IMG/VR virus record: IMGVR_UViG_3300020461_000002
Strand: one strand, 5' to 3'
DNA: 56,706 nucleotides
Origin: an uncultured virus (IMG/VR IMGVR_UViG_3300020461_000002)
Taxonomy: Duplodnaviria; Heunggongvirae; Uroviricota; Caudoviricetes
A model generated the notes under the pieces. That model was not told the origin of the DNA, ran no database searches, and was given only the letters and a program-made list of their open reading frames with translations. Below, piece by piece: positions 45,190 through 54,302 of the stretch; position 1 is the stretch's first letter, and every line of letters starts with the position of its first letter. A program made the translations under genes and the position numbers.

Positions 45190-45422
45190 AAATTTTACTT
45201 GAACGTTTTCCTTATAGGTACATTGAGGATGGGATTCTAGAAAATGGACTCCCAGACTATCGCATACAAAAAGCAGATAGTTATACCAAAAGGTATAGAG
45301 ACATGTATCTTCTTGATAATCAAATGCAACTGCTCACTGCTATTGATGATTTTGAATACACCAAATGGTTAGATCCAGAAGGTGTTCCTTGCTATATAAA
45401 AGACAGTGTATCTGCCTCTTAA
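45186..45422 (+). CDS. Conserved hypothetical cyanophage protein
   Basis: ERFPYRY...PDYRIQK...WLDPEGVP. Confidence 0.75.
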   Translation: MKILLERFPYRYIEDGILENGLPDYRIQKADSYTKRYRDMYLLDNQMQLLTAIDDFEYTKWLDPEGVPCYIKDSVSAS

Positions 45423-45425
45423 TAC

Positions 45426-45680
45426 ATGGAAAAGGATGCTATAAATCTTACTCTCAAGCATGAGTGGATGACAGTATCTGATGCCAAACTTTTACTTCAC
45501 TATCAATATATGAGAGTACGATCTCATAAAAAATATGGTGGATGGAAGACAGTTCAGACTCTCATGAACATTGCCTATGGCATTTATCAAAGAGAGACTG
45601 AAGAATTCTTAAGAGCAAGATTAGATCTAATTAAGTCACGGATGGACTGTAACAGCACTGGTCGGGATGAAACTCAATGA
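45426..45680 (+). CDS. Hypothetical protein; 3' end overlaps structured RNA
   Basis: 84-aa ORF. Confidence 0.55.
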   Translation: MEKDAINLTLKHEWMTVSDAKLLLHYQYMRVRSHKKYGGWKTVQTLMNIAYGIYQRETEEFLRARLDLIKSRMDCNSTGRDETQ

Positions 45681-45770
45681 GTTTCTTGTTTCTCAAAAAA
45701 ACAAGTGGTGCGGATGGGTAACTCCCGCTCTGTTTCTTACTTCAGGTTAAAGAGTAAGTGGCGTGCATGG
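45634..45770 (+). ncRNA. Structured cis-regulatory RNA of the cyanophage manA/wcaG class
   Basis: Two repeated mini-pseudoknot units (45679-45710, 45730-45763), each ending in TGGYG; upstream of mannose-isomerase and epimerase genes. Confidence 0.7.
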
Positions 45771-45782
45771 AAGACCTTATGG

Positions 45783-45807
45783 GCAGGGATAAAACCCTGC
45801 TTTTTTT
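45783..45807 (+). terminator. Rho-independent terminator between the RNA motif and the glycan cluster
   Basis: GCAGGG/CCCTGC stem plus T7. Confidence 0.8.
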
Positions 45808-45836
45808 ATACATATAATGGTGTTACATGTATTACC

Positions 45837-46178
45837 ATGAGAACTGATAGACCTTGGGGATGGTATGAAACTATTGAAGAGGGGCATAGATATAAAGTTA
45901 AAAACATAGAGATTAAACCTGGAGAGGGAATATCTAAACAGTTTCATTATCATAGATCTGAGCATTGGGTTATTGTAAATGGAACTGCTCTAGTTGAAAT
46001 GGATGATAATCAATTTATGGTTTATGAAAATGAAAGTACATTTGTTCCTTTAGGAAAAATACATAAGGTAAGAAATCCTGGTAAGATACCTTTGAGGATA
46101 GTTGAAGTTCAAGTTGGATCTTATCTTGGAGAAGATGATATTACTAGGTTGGAGGATGACTATGGGAGGGTTGCATAA
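45837..46178 (+). CDS. Mannose-6-phosphate isomerase type II cupin (ManC C-terminal-like)
   Basis: RPWGWY, SKQFHYHRSEHW, IVEVQVGSYLGEDDI.R.EDDYGR. Confidence 0.9.
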   Translation: MRTDRPWGWYETIEEGHRYKVKNIEIKPGEGISKQFHYHRSEHWVIVNGTALVEMDDNQFMVYENESTFVPLGKIHKVRNPGKIPLRIVEVQVGSYLGEDDITRLEDDYGRVA

Positions 46179-46226
46179 TATGCCATATTTTTGTATAATA
46201 CATAGTATAGAATAATTATTTTGTTG

Positions 46227-47276
46227 ATGAGTGAATTTCCTATGGAGGTTAAAACAGCATTAGTTTTAGGCGCTGGTGGATTTATTGGATCTCATATGGT
46301 TAAGCGTCTCCGCTCCGAAGGATACTGGGTGCGTGGAGTAGATCTTAAAGATCCAGAGTTTTCAAAAACAGAGGCAAATGAATTTGTCACTGGAGATTTG
46401 CGTGATGTAAATTTCGTCCGTCGTGTGCTAAGATTCAAAGGTGAACAGGGTAATTTCTATAATTCTGTTCCAGAAAGGTTTCATCTACCTTTTGATGAGA
46501 TCTATCAGTTTGCTGCCGACATGGGTGGTGCTGGATTTGTCTTCACTGGTGAGAATGACGCAGACATCATGCACAACTCTGTGTCCATCAATCTGAATGT
46601 TCTTGAAGAACAGCGTAGATTTAATGAGACCGTAGGAAATAAGACCAAGATTTTTTACTCTGGATCTGCCTGCATGTATCCAGCGTATAATCAAATTGAC
46701 CCTGACAACCCCGATTGCCGTGAACAATCAGCATATCCAGCAGACCCCGACTCCGAATATGGATGGGAAAAACTCTTCTCAGAAAGACTATACCTCGCAT
46801 ATCAGCGTAACTATAACATTCCTGTATGTATTGCTCGTTATCATAATATTTTTGGTCCCGAAGGAACTTGGGACGGTGGAAGAGAAAAAGCACCAGCTGC
46901 AATCTGCCGCAAGGTCGCTCTCCTCCCGAAGCAAGGTGGATCTATCGAGGTGTGGGGAGATGGCTTACAGACTCGTTCCTTCCTGTTCATTGATGAATGC
47001 ATCGAAGCAACTCGAAGGTTGATGGAGAGTGATTTTATTGGACCAGTAAATATTGGATCTGAAGAAATGGTTACTATTAATGAGTTGGTAGAAACCGTTG
47101 CTAAAGTTGCAGATAAAGATGTAAACAAGATTCATATTGATGGTCCTCTTGGTGTCCGTGGACGTAATTCTAATAATGATTTGATCCGTGAAAATCTTGA
47201 TTGGGATTATCAAATGACTCTTGAGGAAGGTATTTTAAAAACATACAAGTGGATTGAGGAGCAAATTGGTAAATGA
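46227..47276 (+). CDS. NAD-dependent epimerase, GDP-mannose 3,5-epimerase-like
   Basis: GAGGFIG, AADMGGAGF, SACMYP, YGWEK, GGREKAPAAICRK, GVRGRNS. Confidence 0.88.
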   Translation: MSEFPMEVKTALVLGAGGFIGSHMVKRLRSEGYWVRGVDLKDPEFSKTEANEFVTGDLRDVNFVRRVLRFKGEQGNFYNSVPERFHLPFDEIYQFAADMGGAGFVFTGENDADIMHNSVSINLNVLEEQRRFNETVGNKTKIFYSGSACMYPAYNQIDPDNPDCREQSAYPADPDSEYGWEKLFSERLYLAYQRNYNIPVCIARYHNIFGPEGTWDGGREKAPAAICRKVALLPKQGGSIEVWGDGLQTRSFLFIDECIEATRRLMESDFIGPVNIGSEEMVTINELVETVAKVADKDVNKIHIDGPLGVRGRNSNNDLIRENLDWDYQMTLEEGILKTYKWIEEQIGK

Positions 47277-48070
47277 TTGGATTTAATCACTTAGGAAGGC
47301 AAGGACGTTTGGGTAATCAAATGTTCCAGTATGCAGCAACAAAAGGTATTGCTGCAAATAGAGGATATGAATTTATCGTTGCTAATCATTCAGAATCGCA
47401 GGATGATGGCATCGGTAATATGGTTAGAACTGAAATCTTTGATTCATTTAACATTGAATGTAAAAAAGGAATACTTCAGACGAATTATATTACTGAACAA
47501 CATTTTCATTTTGATGAACATTTATTTGATAATTGTCCAGATAATGTGAGTTTGTATGGATACTATCAAACTGAAAAATACTTCAAACATATTGAAGATG
47601 AAATTAGAAAAGATTTTACTTTTAAGGATGAAATTTTAGAACCTTGTACTGAGATGATTGGTGATGAGTGTTACGTTGCCATTCATATCAGAAGGACAGA
47701 TTACATTACTAATAGTGATGGCAAAGCACATAATAGTTTGACACCAATTTATTATGATACTGCTATAAGATCTTTTGATCAAGATACTAAGTTTATTGTA
47801 TTTTCTGACGAACCAGAGTGGTGTAAAAAACAAGAAATGTTTTCTGGAAGTAATTTTATGATTTCTGAAAATACTGATAATAGAATGGACCTTTGTCTTA
47901 TGACATTGTGTAAGGGTCATATTATCGCAAACTCATCTTTCTCTTGGTGGGGTGCATGGTTGGCAAATAGTACTAAAGTTATTGCTCCTAGAGTATGGTT
48001 TGGACCAAAGTTGGATCATAATAATACGAAAGATCTATATTGTAGTGATTGGATAATATTGAATGGCTGA
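47273..48070 (+). CDS. Alpha-1,2-fucosyltransferase-like (GT11)
   Basis: GRLGNQMFQYA, GYYQTEKYF, HIRRTDY, FSD, IANSSFSWW. Confidence 0.92.
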   Translation: MIGFNHLGRQGRLGNQMFQYAATKGIAANRGYEFIVANHSESQDDGIGNMVRTEIFDSFNIECKKGILQTNYITEQHFHFDEHLFDNCPDNVSLYGYYQTEKYFKHIEDEIRKDFTFKDEILEPCTEMIGDECYVAIHIRRTDYITNSDGKAHNSLTPIYYDTAIRSFDQDTKFIVFSDEPEWCKKQEMFSGSNFMISENTDNRMDLCLMTLCKGHIIANSSFSWWGAWLANSTKVIAPRVWFGPKLDHNNTKDLYCSDWIILNG

Positions 48071-48782
48071 TCTAACTGTTATACTTCCATGTGCGGGAGA
48101 AGGAACTAGACTCTCTTTACCATACCCAAAAGAAATTCACTCTATTGAAAAGAATAAATCTTTAATTGATTATAGTTTTGATTTATTCTCAAACTATGGT
48201 CGTAGAGACGTTGAGTTTGTAATTACACTCAATGAAAATAAAACTGAACTTGTAAAGTATTTGAGTCGATATAAGTCAAGGTTTAACATTTCATTTACTT
48301 ACTTTAACCCTGCAGAGACTGAATACACGGGGTCTATCAAGAGTGCTAGACATTTGTTTGGTGAAAAGAACCTTGTTCTTCTCCCAGATACTTTTATGAA
48401 AATGAAGTCATCTCAGGATATTGTTGAACTAGTTAGTGATAGTTTGAATGAGACAGGATTTACATTCTTCTATAAGAGAGAAAGTGACCCAAACATGCTG
48501 AAGACTAAAGGTGCTTTGTCTATTGTTGACGACCTAGTTCAGGAGTATGAAGATAAACCGCAAGAGGATCAGGGTAGATTTAATGCTTTCTGGACAGCGT
48601 TTGCCTTCAGAAAGAGAGTATTCAATCAGTGCATTGAGTTTATGGAGAAGTCCACTTTGAATCACAGACAGATGGTCGGTGAGATCAAAAACACTCCTCT
48701 ATATAACTCGAAGGCTATTGAGGTTGAAGACTATGTTGATCTTGGAACTTGGGATCAAATATACAAATGGATAAACGCATAA
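48063..48782 (+). CDS. Sugar-1-phosphate nucleotidyltransferase family protein
   Basis: ILPCAGEGTRL..PYPKE, LLPD, YVDLGT. Confidence 0.85.
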   Translation: MADLTVILPCAGEGTRLSLPYPKEIHSIEKNKSLIDYSFDLFSNYGRRDVEFVITLNENKTELVKYLSRYKSRFNISFTYFNPAETEYTGSIKSARHLFGEKNLVLLPDTFMKMKSSQDIVELVSDSLNETGFTFFYKRESDPNMLKTKGALSIVDDLVQEYEDKPQEDQGRFNAFWTAFAFRKRVFNQCIEFMEKSTLNHRQMVGEIKNTPLYNSKAIEVEDYVDLGTWDQIYKWINA

Positions 48783-49354
48783 TAGTTGACTGTGATGGTG
48801 TTCTCCTTGACTGGGCATATGCCTTTGATGTATGGATGGTCGAGCATGGATATTCAAGGTTACCGAATACATCACAGTATTATGACCAAACTCTTAGATA
48901 TGGTATCTCACAGATTGAAGCGGTATCACAAATAAAGAAGTTCAATGAGTCTGGGTGTGTTGGATTTATTCCAGCATTCCGAGATTCTGTTGAGTATGTG
49001 ATGAAGTTGAGTGAACTTGGTTGGAAGTTTGAAGTAATAAGTTGTTTAGATAAAGATAAGTATGCACAGAAGTTGAGAAGAAAAAACTTAGTTCATTTGT
49101 TTGGAGATGTATTCGATTTCATTGATTGTGCTTTAGATTTTACTGTCGGAAAAGAACAATACTTGCTTGACAGATATAAAGGAAAGGAGTATTATTGGAT
49201 TGAGGACTCTATTAATCATGCAGAGTCTGGTATACGAGTAGGATTAAATAGCATCGTAATGGACCATCCATATAATAAAAAATGGGATGGTCCTAGAGTA
49301 AAAAATTGGAAACAAATTTACGACATCATTATCAATGACAACACCCCACATTGA
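48767..49354 (+). CDS. HAD-family phosphatase, 5'(3')-nucleotidase-like
   Basis: DCDGVL motif I, K, WIEDS motif IV, HPYN...RVKNW. Confidence 0.85.
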   Translation: MDKRIIVDCDGVLLDWAYAFDVWMVEHGYSRLPNTSQYYDQTLRYGISQIEAVSQIKKFNESGCVGFIPAFRDSVEYVMKLSELGWKFEVISCLDKDKYAQKLRRKNLVHLFGDVFDFIDCALDFTVGKEQYLLDRYKGKEYYWIEDSINHAESGIRVGLNSIVMDHPYNKKWDGPRVKNWKQIYDIIINDNTPH

Positions 49355-50024
49355 AGCAAAACCTGGACAGTATCATAAGACAGTTCTTATGCCTGGGGAT
49401 CCACTTAGAGCAAAGTGGATTGCTGAAAATTTTTTAGAGAATGCAGTACTTATAAACTCTGTTCGCAATTGTCTAGGATATAGTGGAACTTATAATGGTA
49501 AACCAGTATCAGTTCAGGCAAGTGGTATGGGACAAGCAAGTCTTGGAATCTATGCTCATGAACTATACAATAAGTATGAGGTTAAAAAGATTATTAGAGT
49601 TGGAAGTTGTGGAGGTATTGCTCCTCATCTTAAAGTGGGAGATGTTGTTGTTGCTATGAGTGCTGCTACTGATAATGCTATGACTGATAATCTTGCGTCG
49701 GGGTTTAGATTGTCTCCTTGTTGTGATTATCACATGCTTAGGGATTACTTAAATCAAAATAGTGAGGCATATGTTGGACAGATGGTCTCTAATGATTACT
49801 TCTATCAACCAAATGAAAACTGGTACGTTCCTCTGAAAGAAATGGGAATCCTTGCAGTTGATATGGAAACGCATGTTCTTTATAGTATTGCTAATCGGTT
49901 TGGTAAAAAAGCACTTTCAGTTAATACAGTTTCTGATCATCTAACATCTGGTGAACAGATGAGTAGCAAAGAAAGAGAGCAAGGTCTTGGATTTATGATT
50001 AAAACTATTTTGGCAAGTCTATGA
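49335..50024 (+). CDS. deoD: Purine nucleoside phosphorylase (DeoD-type)
   Basis: TPHI, LMPGDPLRAKWIAE, GMG..S..IYAHEL, IIRVGSCG, VDME, TVSDH. Confidence 0.93.
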   Translation: MTTPHIEAKPGQYHKTVLMPGDPLRAKWIAENFLENAVLINSVRNCLGYSGTYNGKPVSVQASGMGQASLGIYAHELYNKYEVKKIIRVGSCGGIAPHLKVGDVVVAMSAATDNAMTDNLASGFRLSPCCDYHMLRDYLNQNSEAYVGQMVSNDYFYQPNENWYVPLKEMGILAVDMETHVLYSIANRFGKKALSVNTVSDHLTSGEQMSSKEREQGLGFMIKTILASL

Positions 50025-50740
50025 GAATAGCAATATTCATTTCTGGACATGTTAGAACATTGTTTTACAAATTTCATGAGAACATTTCACTTATAAAAGA
50101 AAGGATTCCTGATTGTAAAGTTGATGTATTCTATTCCTTTTGGGATGATCCTAGTAGAAGTGAGCGCATTAATGATCCTTGGCATTACAAAGCATGTTAT
50201 GAACAACCAAAGATTCATGTTGACACTATAGACTCATATTTTATAGATGGTGGTGCTTCTAATGTAAAAGGTGAGATTGAATCTTCTGATAAAATGAAAA
50301 GTGTTATGGAAAATTCTTTCTTCTCTCAACCACACATATCTTCCCAATACTATAAAAAGAATAGAGTAGTTGAAAAATATTATAATCACTCATATGATTT
50401 TTATGTGCAGATGAGATCTGATATTATCATTGCAGATTTTCCTACAAGAAAAAATATTGAAGAAATCTTAGATAAAGATGTTTTAGTTGTTAATGAAAAT
50501 TATTGGTATAAAGAACCATATGTTGGTAGAGATTGTAATGAGATGATTACTTGTTCTGGAAAGAATGTATTTAAGCAGATGAATCAATTGTATTCGTATG
50601 AAGAAAAACTTGCTAAACAGATACCATCTACACTTCACCATGGCGAAATGGTAACAGGAACTCACTTCAATAATATGCTTGCTTCGGGTGTTATAGATAC
50701 TGTACTATCGTTTGATTTTGATTATAGGATTGTTAGGTAA
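50021..50740 (+). CDS. Putative glycosyltransferase-like protein
   Basis: MRIAIFISGHVRT, DVFYSFW, SQYY, YD...MRSD pattern typical of phage glycan-cluster proteins. Confidence 0.55.
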   Translation: MRIAIFISGHVRTLFYKFHENISLIKERIPDCKVDVFYSFWDDPSRSERINDPWHYKACYEQPKIHVDTIDSYFIDGGASNVKGEIESSDKMKSVMENSFFSQPHISSQYYKKNRVVEKYYNHSYDFYVQMRSDIIIADFPTRKNIEEILDKDVLVVNENYWYKEPYVGRDCNEMITCSGKNVFKQMNQLYSYEEKLAKQIPSTLHHGEMVTGTHFNNMLASGVIDTVLSFDFDYRIVR

Positions 50741-51441
50741 TGAAAATTTGTATTCTGACCATTGCTACAAATAAGTATCTTCAGTTTGTAGAAAAATTAT
50801 ATGAGGATATATCGGAGAAGTTTTGTCCTGGTGCTGAAATAAGTTGTCTTCTATTCACAGATCATGAGATTGAGGAGTGTGGAGATAATGTGAGAGTTCA
50901 TTACATTGATCATGAACCATGGCCTATGCCTACTCTCAAACGATATAATTATTTTGTTAAAGAAAAAGATTACATTCTTGAACATGACTATTGTTTTTAT
51001 CTTGATGCCGATATGAGGATTGATGAGGTAGTTACTTCTGAAGAAGTTTGTGGTGATCTTGTTGCGACTCGTCATGGATATCAATCATTCTCTCCTGCTA
51101 ATGTACAATCGTTTGATCGTAATCCTAAATCTCTTGCATGTGTTTCTCCTGATGAAGAAACAGTATCTTATTATGCTGGTGGATTTAATGGTGGCAAAAC
51201 AGAAGTGTTTATGCAAATGGCAGAAACTATTGCTGATCGAGTGAATAAAGATCTTGAGAATAATGTTGTTGCTCTTTGGCATGATGAAAGTCATATGAAT
51301 AGATATCTAATTGATAATCCACCTACTCTTGACTTAGATCCAACATACTGTTATGCTGAAGAGTTCATAGGCACTGAGTATCCTTTCTCTCCAGGAAAAA
51401 TTATTGCATTGAAAAAGAATCATTCTGAATTGAGATCATGA
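50740..51441 (+). CDS. Family 6 glycosyltransferase (ABO-like)
   Basis: IATNKY, FTD, WP..TLKR, YLDADM, YYAGGFNGG, WHDESHMNRY. Confidence 0.9.
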   Translation: MKICILTIATNKYLQFVEKLYEDISEKFCPGAEISCLLFTDHEIEECGDNVRVHYIDHEPWPMPTLKRYNYFVKEKDYILEHDYCFYLDADMRIDEVVTSEEVCGDLVATRHGYQSFSPANVQSFDRNPKSLACVSPDEETVSYYAGGFNGGKTEVFMQMAETIADRVNKDLENNVVALWHDESHMNRYLIDNPPTLDLDPTYCYAEEFIGTEYPFSPGKIIALKKNHSELRS

Positions 51442-52082
51442 AATTAAAGTTGACTGATATTCCGATTGTTTATATCAATCTTGATGAACAATCCGATAGA
51501 AACGAATCAATAAAAACTACTTTGAATGATCTTGGTTTTAAAAATATAACCAGAGTCTCTGCGTATAAAGATGTAATAGGCAAACGAGGATGTGCATATT
51601 CTCATGCTATTGCTTTAGAAGAAGTTGAACCTCCATTCATCTTACTAGAGGATGATTGCCTTCCTTTAAATTTTATTGATGAGATTGATATTCCAGATGA
51701 TGCTGATGCAGTCTATCTTGGCATATCCTCTTGGGGACGTATGAATGCTCACTCTGGACCTTGTGTGCAATGCGATGAGGTTGAGGGGCATGATGACTTG
51801 GTCCGTGTTTATAATATGGTTGGTGCTCATGCAATTCTGTATATCAATCCAGATTATATTGATCTGTGTAAGCGTATTGCATATCATGGATACTTAATTT
51901 CAGATCATCATGATATTGGATTTGCGGATGTTCAAAAGTATTATGATGTTTATGCATTTGATAATCCTATGTTCTATCAAACAAGTTCTAATGGGACTGA
52001 TAAACCTTTAACATCATATCCTTCATTTGAGTTTATGACTCCAGATAAAAGATTTTGGTTACCTTTGAGGATTAAAGAATGA
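51438..52082 (+). CDS. GT25-like glycosyltransferase
   Basis: YINLD...R, GCAYSH, LLEDD, YLG. Confidence 0.75.
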   Translation: MKLKLTDIPIVYINLDEQSDRNESIKTTLNDLGFKNITRVSAYKDVIGKRGCAYSHAIALEEVEPPFILLEDDCLPLNFIDEIDIPDDADAVYLGISSWGRMNAHSGPCVQCDEVEGHDDLVRVYNMVGAHAILYINPDYIDLCKRIAYHGYLISDHHDIGFADVQKYYDVYAFDNPMFYQTSSNGTDKPLTSYPSFEFMTPDKRFWLPLRIKE

Positions 52083-52999
52083 AAAGTTTAGTTACTGGTG
52101 GATGTGGATTTATTGGATCTAATCTTGTAGATTGTCTTATAGAACTTGGGCATGAAGTTGTTGTGATTGACAACCATAGTTCTGATGCTCATTTTTTCAA
52201 TAAACTATATCCTTTTACAAATGAAAACGTAGAATATCATAAATTTGATGTTTGTGATTATTTTAATACCAGATTGTTGTATGAAGGTGTTGACTATGTA
52301 TTTCATCTTGCAGCAGAGGTAAGGATACCATCTTGTATAGAAGATCCAGTCAAAGCAATTAGAACAAATGATTTGGGAACCTGTACAGTTCTGCAATGCG
52401 CCAGAGAAGCAAAGGTTAGGAAAGTTATATACTCTTCTACTTCTGCTGTATATGGTCTTAAGAACGAGTTGCCCAATGTCGAAACACAACCAGATGATTG
52501 TTTAAATCCATATTCAGTATCTAAACTGAATGGAGAAAGACTATGTAAAATGTATACAGATCTTTTTGAATTGCCCACAGTAATGCTTAGATATTTTAAT
52601 GTTTATGGTGAGAGGCAACCTCGCAGTGGGCAGTATGCACCTGTCATAGGCATCTTTGAGCAGAAGTTACTTTTGGGTGAACCACTAACCATATGTGGAG
52701 ATGGAAAGCAGAGTAGAGATTTTGTTCATGTGAGTGATGTCGTAAACGCCAATGTTATGGCAGCAATATCTAATTCTGAACCAGAAGCATATGGTGAATT
52801 TTATAATGTTGGTTCGGGTATTTCATATACTGTGAATCAAATCGCGGATATGATGTCAGACTTTCAATGTAACATTGCTCCACGAAAAGGTGAAGCAAGA
52901 GAAAGTCTTGCAAATGTTGATAAAATACATGAAGCATTTGGGTGGAGACCAAAAGTAAACCTTATTGAGTGGATGGAGAAAAATCATGGAAAAAAATAA
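52079..52999 (+). CDS. NAD-dependent epimerase (UDP-glucose 4-epimerase-like)
   Basis: GGCGFIG, HLAA, YSVSK, RYFNVYG, RDFVHV. Confidence 0.9.
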   Translation: MKSLVTGGCGFIGSNLVDCLIELGHEVVVIDNHSSDAHFFNKLYPFTNENVEYHKFDVCDYFNTRLLYEGVDYVFHLAAEVRIPSCIEDPVKAIRTNDLGTCTVLQCAREAKVRKVIYSSTSAVYGLKNELPNVETQPDDCLNPYSVSKLNGERLCKMYTDLFELPTVMLRYFNVYGERQPRSGQYAPVIGIFEQKLLLGEPLTICGDGKQSRDFVHVSDVVNANVMAAISNSEPEAYGEFYNVGSGISYTVNQIADMMSDFQCNIAPRKGEARESLANVDKIHEAFGWRPKVNLIEWMEKNHGKK

Positions 53000-53765
53000 A
53001 TCGCTTTATAAGTTAAAAGGTCTTCCACCAATTTATTATATTAATTTGGATGGAGAACCAGAAAGAAAGGAAAGTATTGAAAGTCAATTTAAATACTGGG
53101 AGATAGAAAACTATACCCGTGTTTCTGCTTATGATGGTCGGGAAGATGATTTGAGTGACATTCTTAAGGGAAGATATCCTCAGATGATGAGCTCTGGTGA
53201 AGTTGGTTGCACTACTTCACATTTGAAAGCACTCAAAATGTTTTTGGAAACAGAGGAACCATGTGCATTGATTGTGGAAGATGATGTTGATATTGATATT
53301 GCTAGGTATTGGAATTTTACTTGGAAGGAATTTTATTCCAAGATTCCATATGATTGGGATGTTGTTCAGTTGGCAATTATTTGTACTGGAAATTTATATG
53401 TAAAACTACATCGTAGATTTGTTAATGATTTCTCTACTGCTGCTTACTTGATTACTAGACATCATGCTCAAAAATTAGTAAGGCATCATGTCCGTGAGGA
53501 AAAATACAAACTTGATAATGGTGTAAAACCGAGAGCAGTTGCCGATGATTTGATCTATAACACTGGAGTTACATATGCTATACCTTTGTTTTTATACAGA
53601 ATTTCTTTGGGATCATCAATTCATCCAGAGCATGTAGATTACTTTCATAAAGCAAGTCATGATGGATTGAAAAATTTTTGGATGCAAAATGGATGCAATG
53701 TTGATATTGCAGGTTTGATGGATTACGATCCATATCTTGGAAGGGTAACAGAGAGCGAAAAGTAG
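52986..53765 (+). CDS. GT25 glycosyltransferase
   Basis: YINLD..ER, RVSAYDG, GEVGC..SH, IVEDD, STAAYLI, ADD. Confidence 0.85.
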   Translation: MEKNKSLYKLKGLPPIYYINLDGEPERKESIESQFKYWEIENYTRVSAYDGREDDLSDILKGRYPQMMSSGEVGCTTSHLKALKMFLETEEPCALIVEDDVDIDIARYWNFTWKEFYSKIPYDWDVVQLAIICTGNLYVKLHRRFVNDFSTAAYLITRHHAQKLVRHHVREEKYKLDNGVKPRAVADDLIYNTGVTYAIPLFLYRISLGSSIHPEHVDYFHKASHDGLKNFWMQNGCNVDIAGLMDYDPYLGRVTESEK

Positions 53766-53817
53766 GTATAAAGTACTACAATCTTGCCTTGACAAATTCT
53801 TTACATTACTATATAAT
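53766..53817 (+). promoter_or_regulatory. hli promoter region: sigma70 promoter plus possible NtcA site
   Basis: TTGACA(53789)-N17-TATAAT(53812); GTA-N8-TAC at 53766-53779. Confidence 0.7.
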
Positions 53818-53843
53818 ATGTAAAGATTCATTACAATAGGTAA

Positions 53844-54062
53844 ATGACTGTAACGACCAACGAATTTGGGCAACAAAATTTATTTGCTAAAGAACCAAAA
53901 ATGTATGTCTCTAAAAGTGACGCTGAGCGTTATGGATATGAGACGTATGCTGAGCGTGCGGAGAAATTAAATGGACGCACTGCTATGCTTGGATTTGTTG
54001 CTGCTGTTATCTCTTATGCTACTACTGGTAGTGTATTTTTCTTTGGCGTTTTCGGATTCTGA
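53844..54062 (+). CDS. hli: High-light inducible protein
   Basis: AEKLNGRTAMLGF chlorophyll-binding motif. Confidence 0.93.
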   Translation: MTVTTNEFGQQNLFAKEPKMYVSKSDAERYGYETYAERAEKLNGRTAMLGFVAAVISYATTGSVFFFGVFGF

Positions 54063-54065
54063 TTA

Positions 54066-54275
54066 ATGCTTGAACTTCTTACTTACTATGTGATTGTCTC
54101 CGTTGTATTCATCGGAGCACCAGGTGTATTTTTCTACATTGTATTCATGCCTGCTCTTCAGAATACGAAGGGTCGTATGGTTGGATACAAAGATCACAAA
54201 CATTATGGAGATTCCTCTATTTATGAGAATTCTCCAAGCGATCAAACTAAATTTTATCTGGAACTTCCTGGGTAA
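54066..54275 (+). CDS. Small membrane protein
   Basis: TM segment, FMPALQNTKGRMVGY. Confidence 0.65.
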   Translation: MLELLTYYVIVSVVFIGAPGVFFYIVFMPALQNTKGRMVGYKDHKHYGDSSIYENSPSDQTKFYLELPG

Positions 54276-54302
54276 TATATACGTTAGATAGATCGCATAA
54301 GT

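Noticed and set aside
45705..45836. N-terminal extension of the cupin ORF
   Set aside because: It overlaps the structured RNA and terminator; cupin homology starts at ATG 45837.
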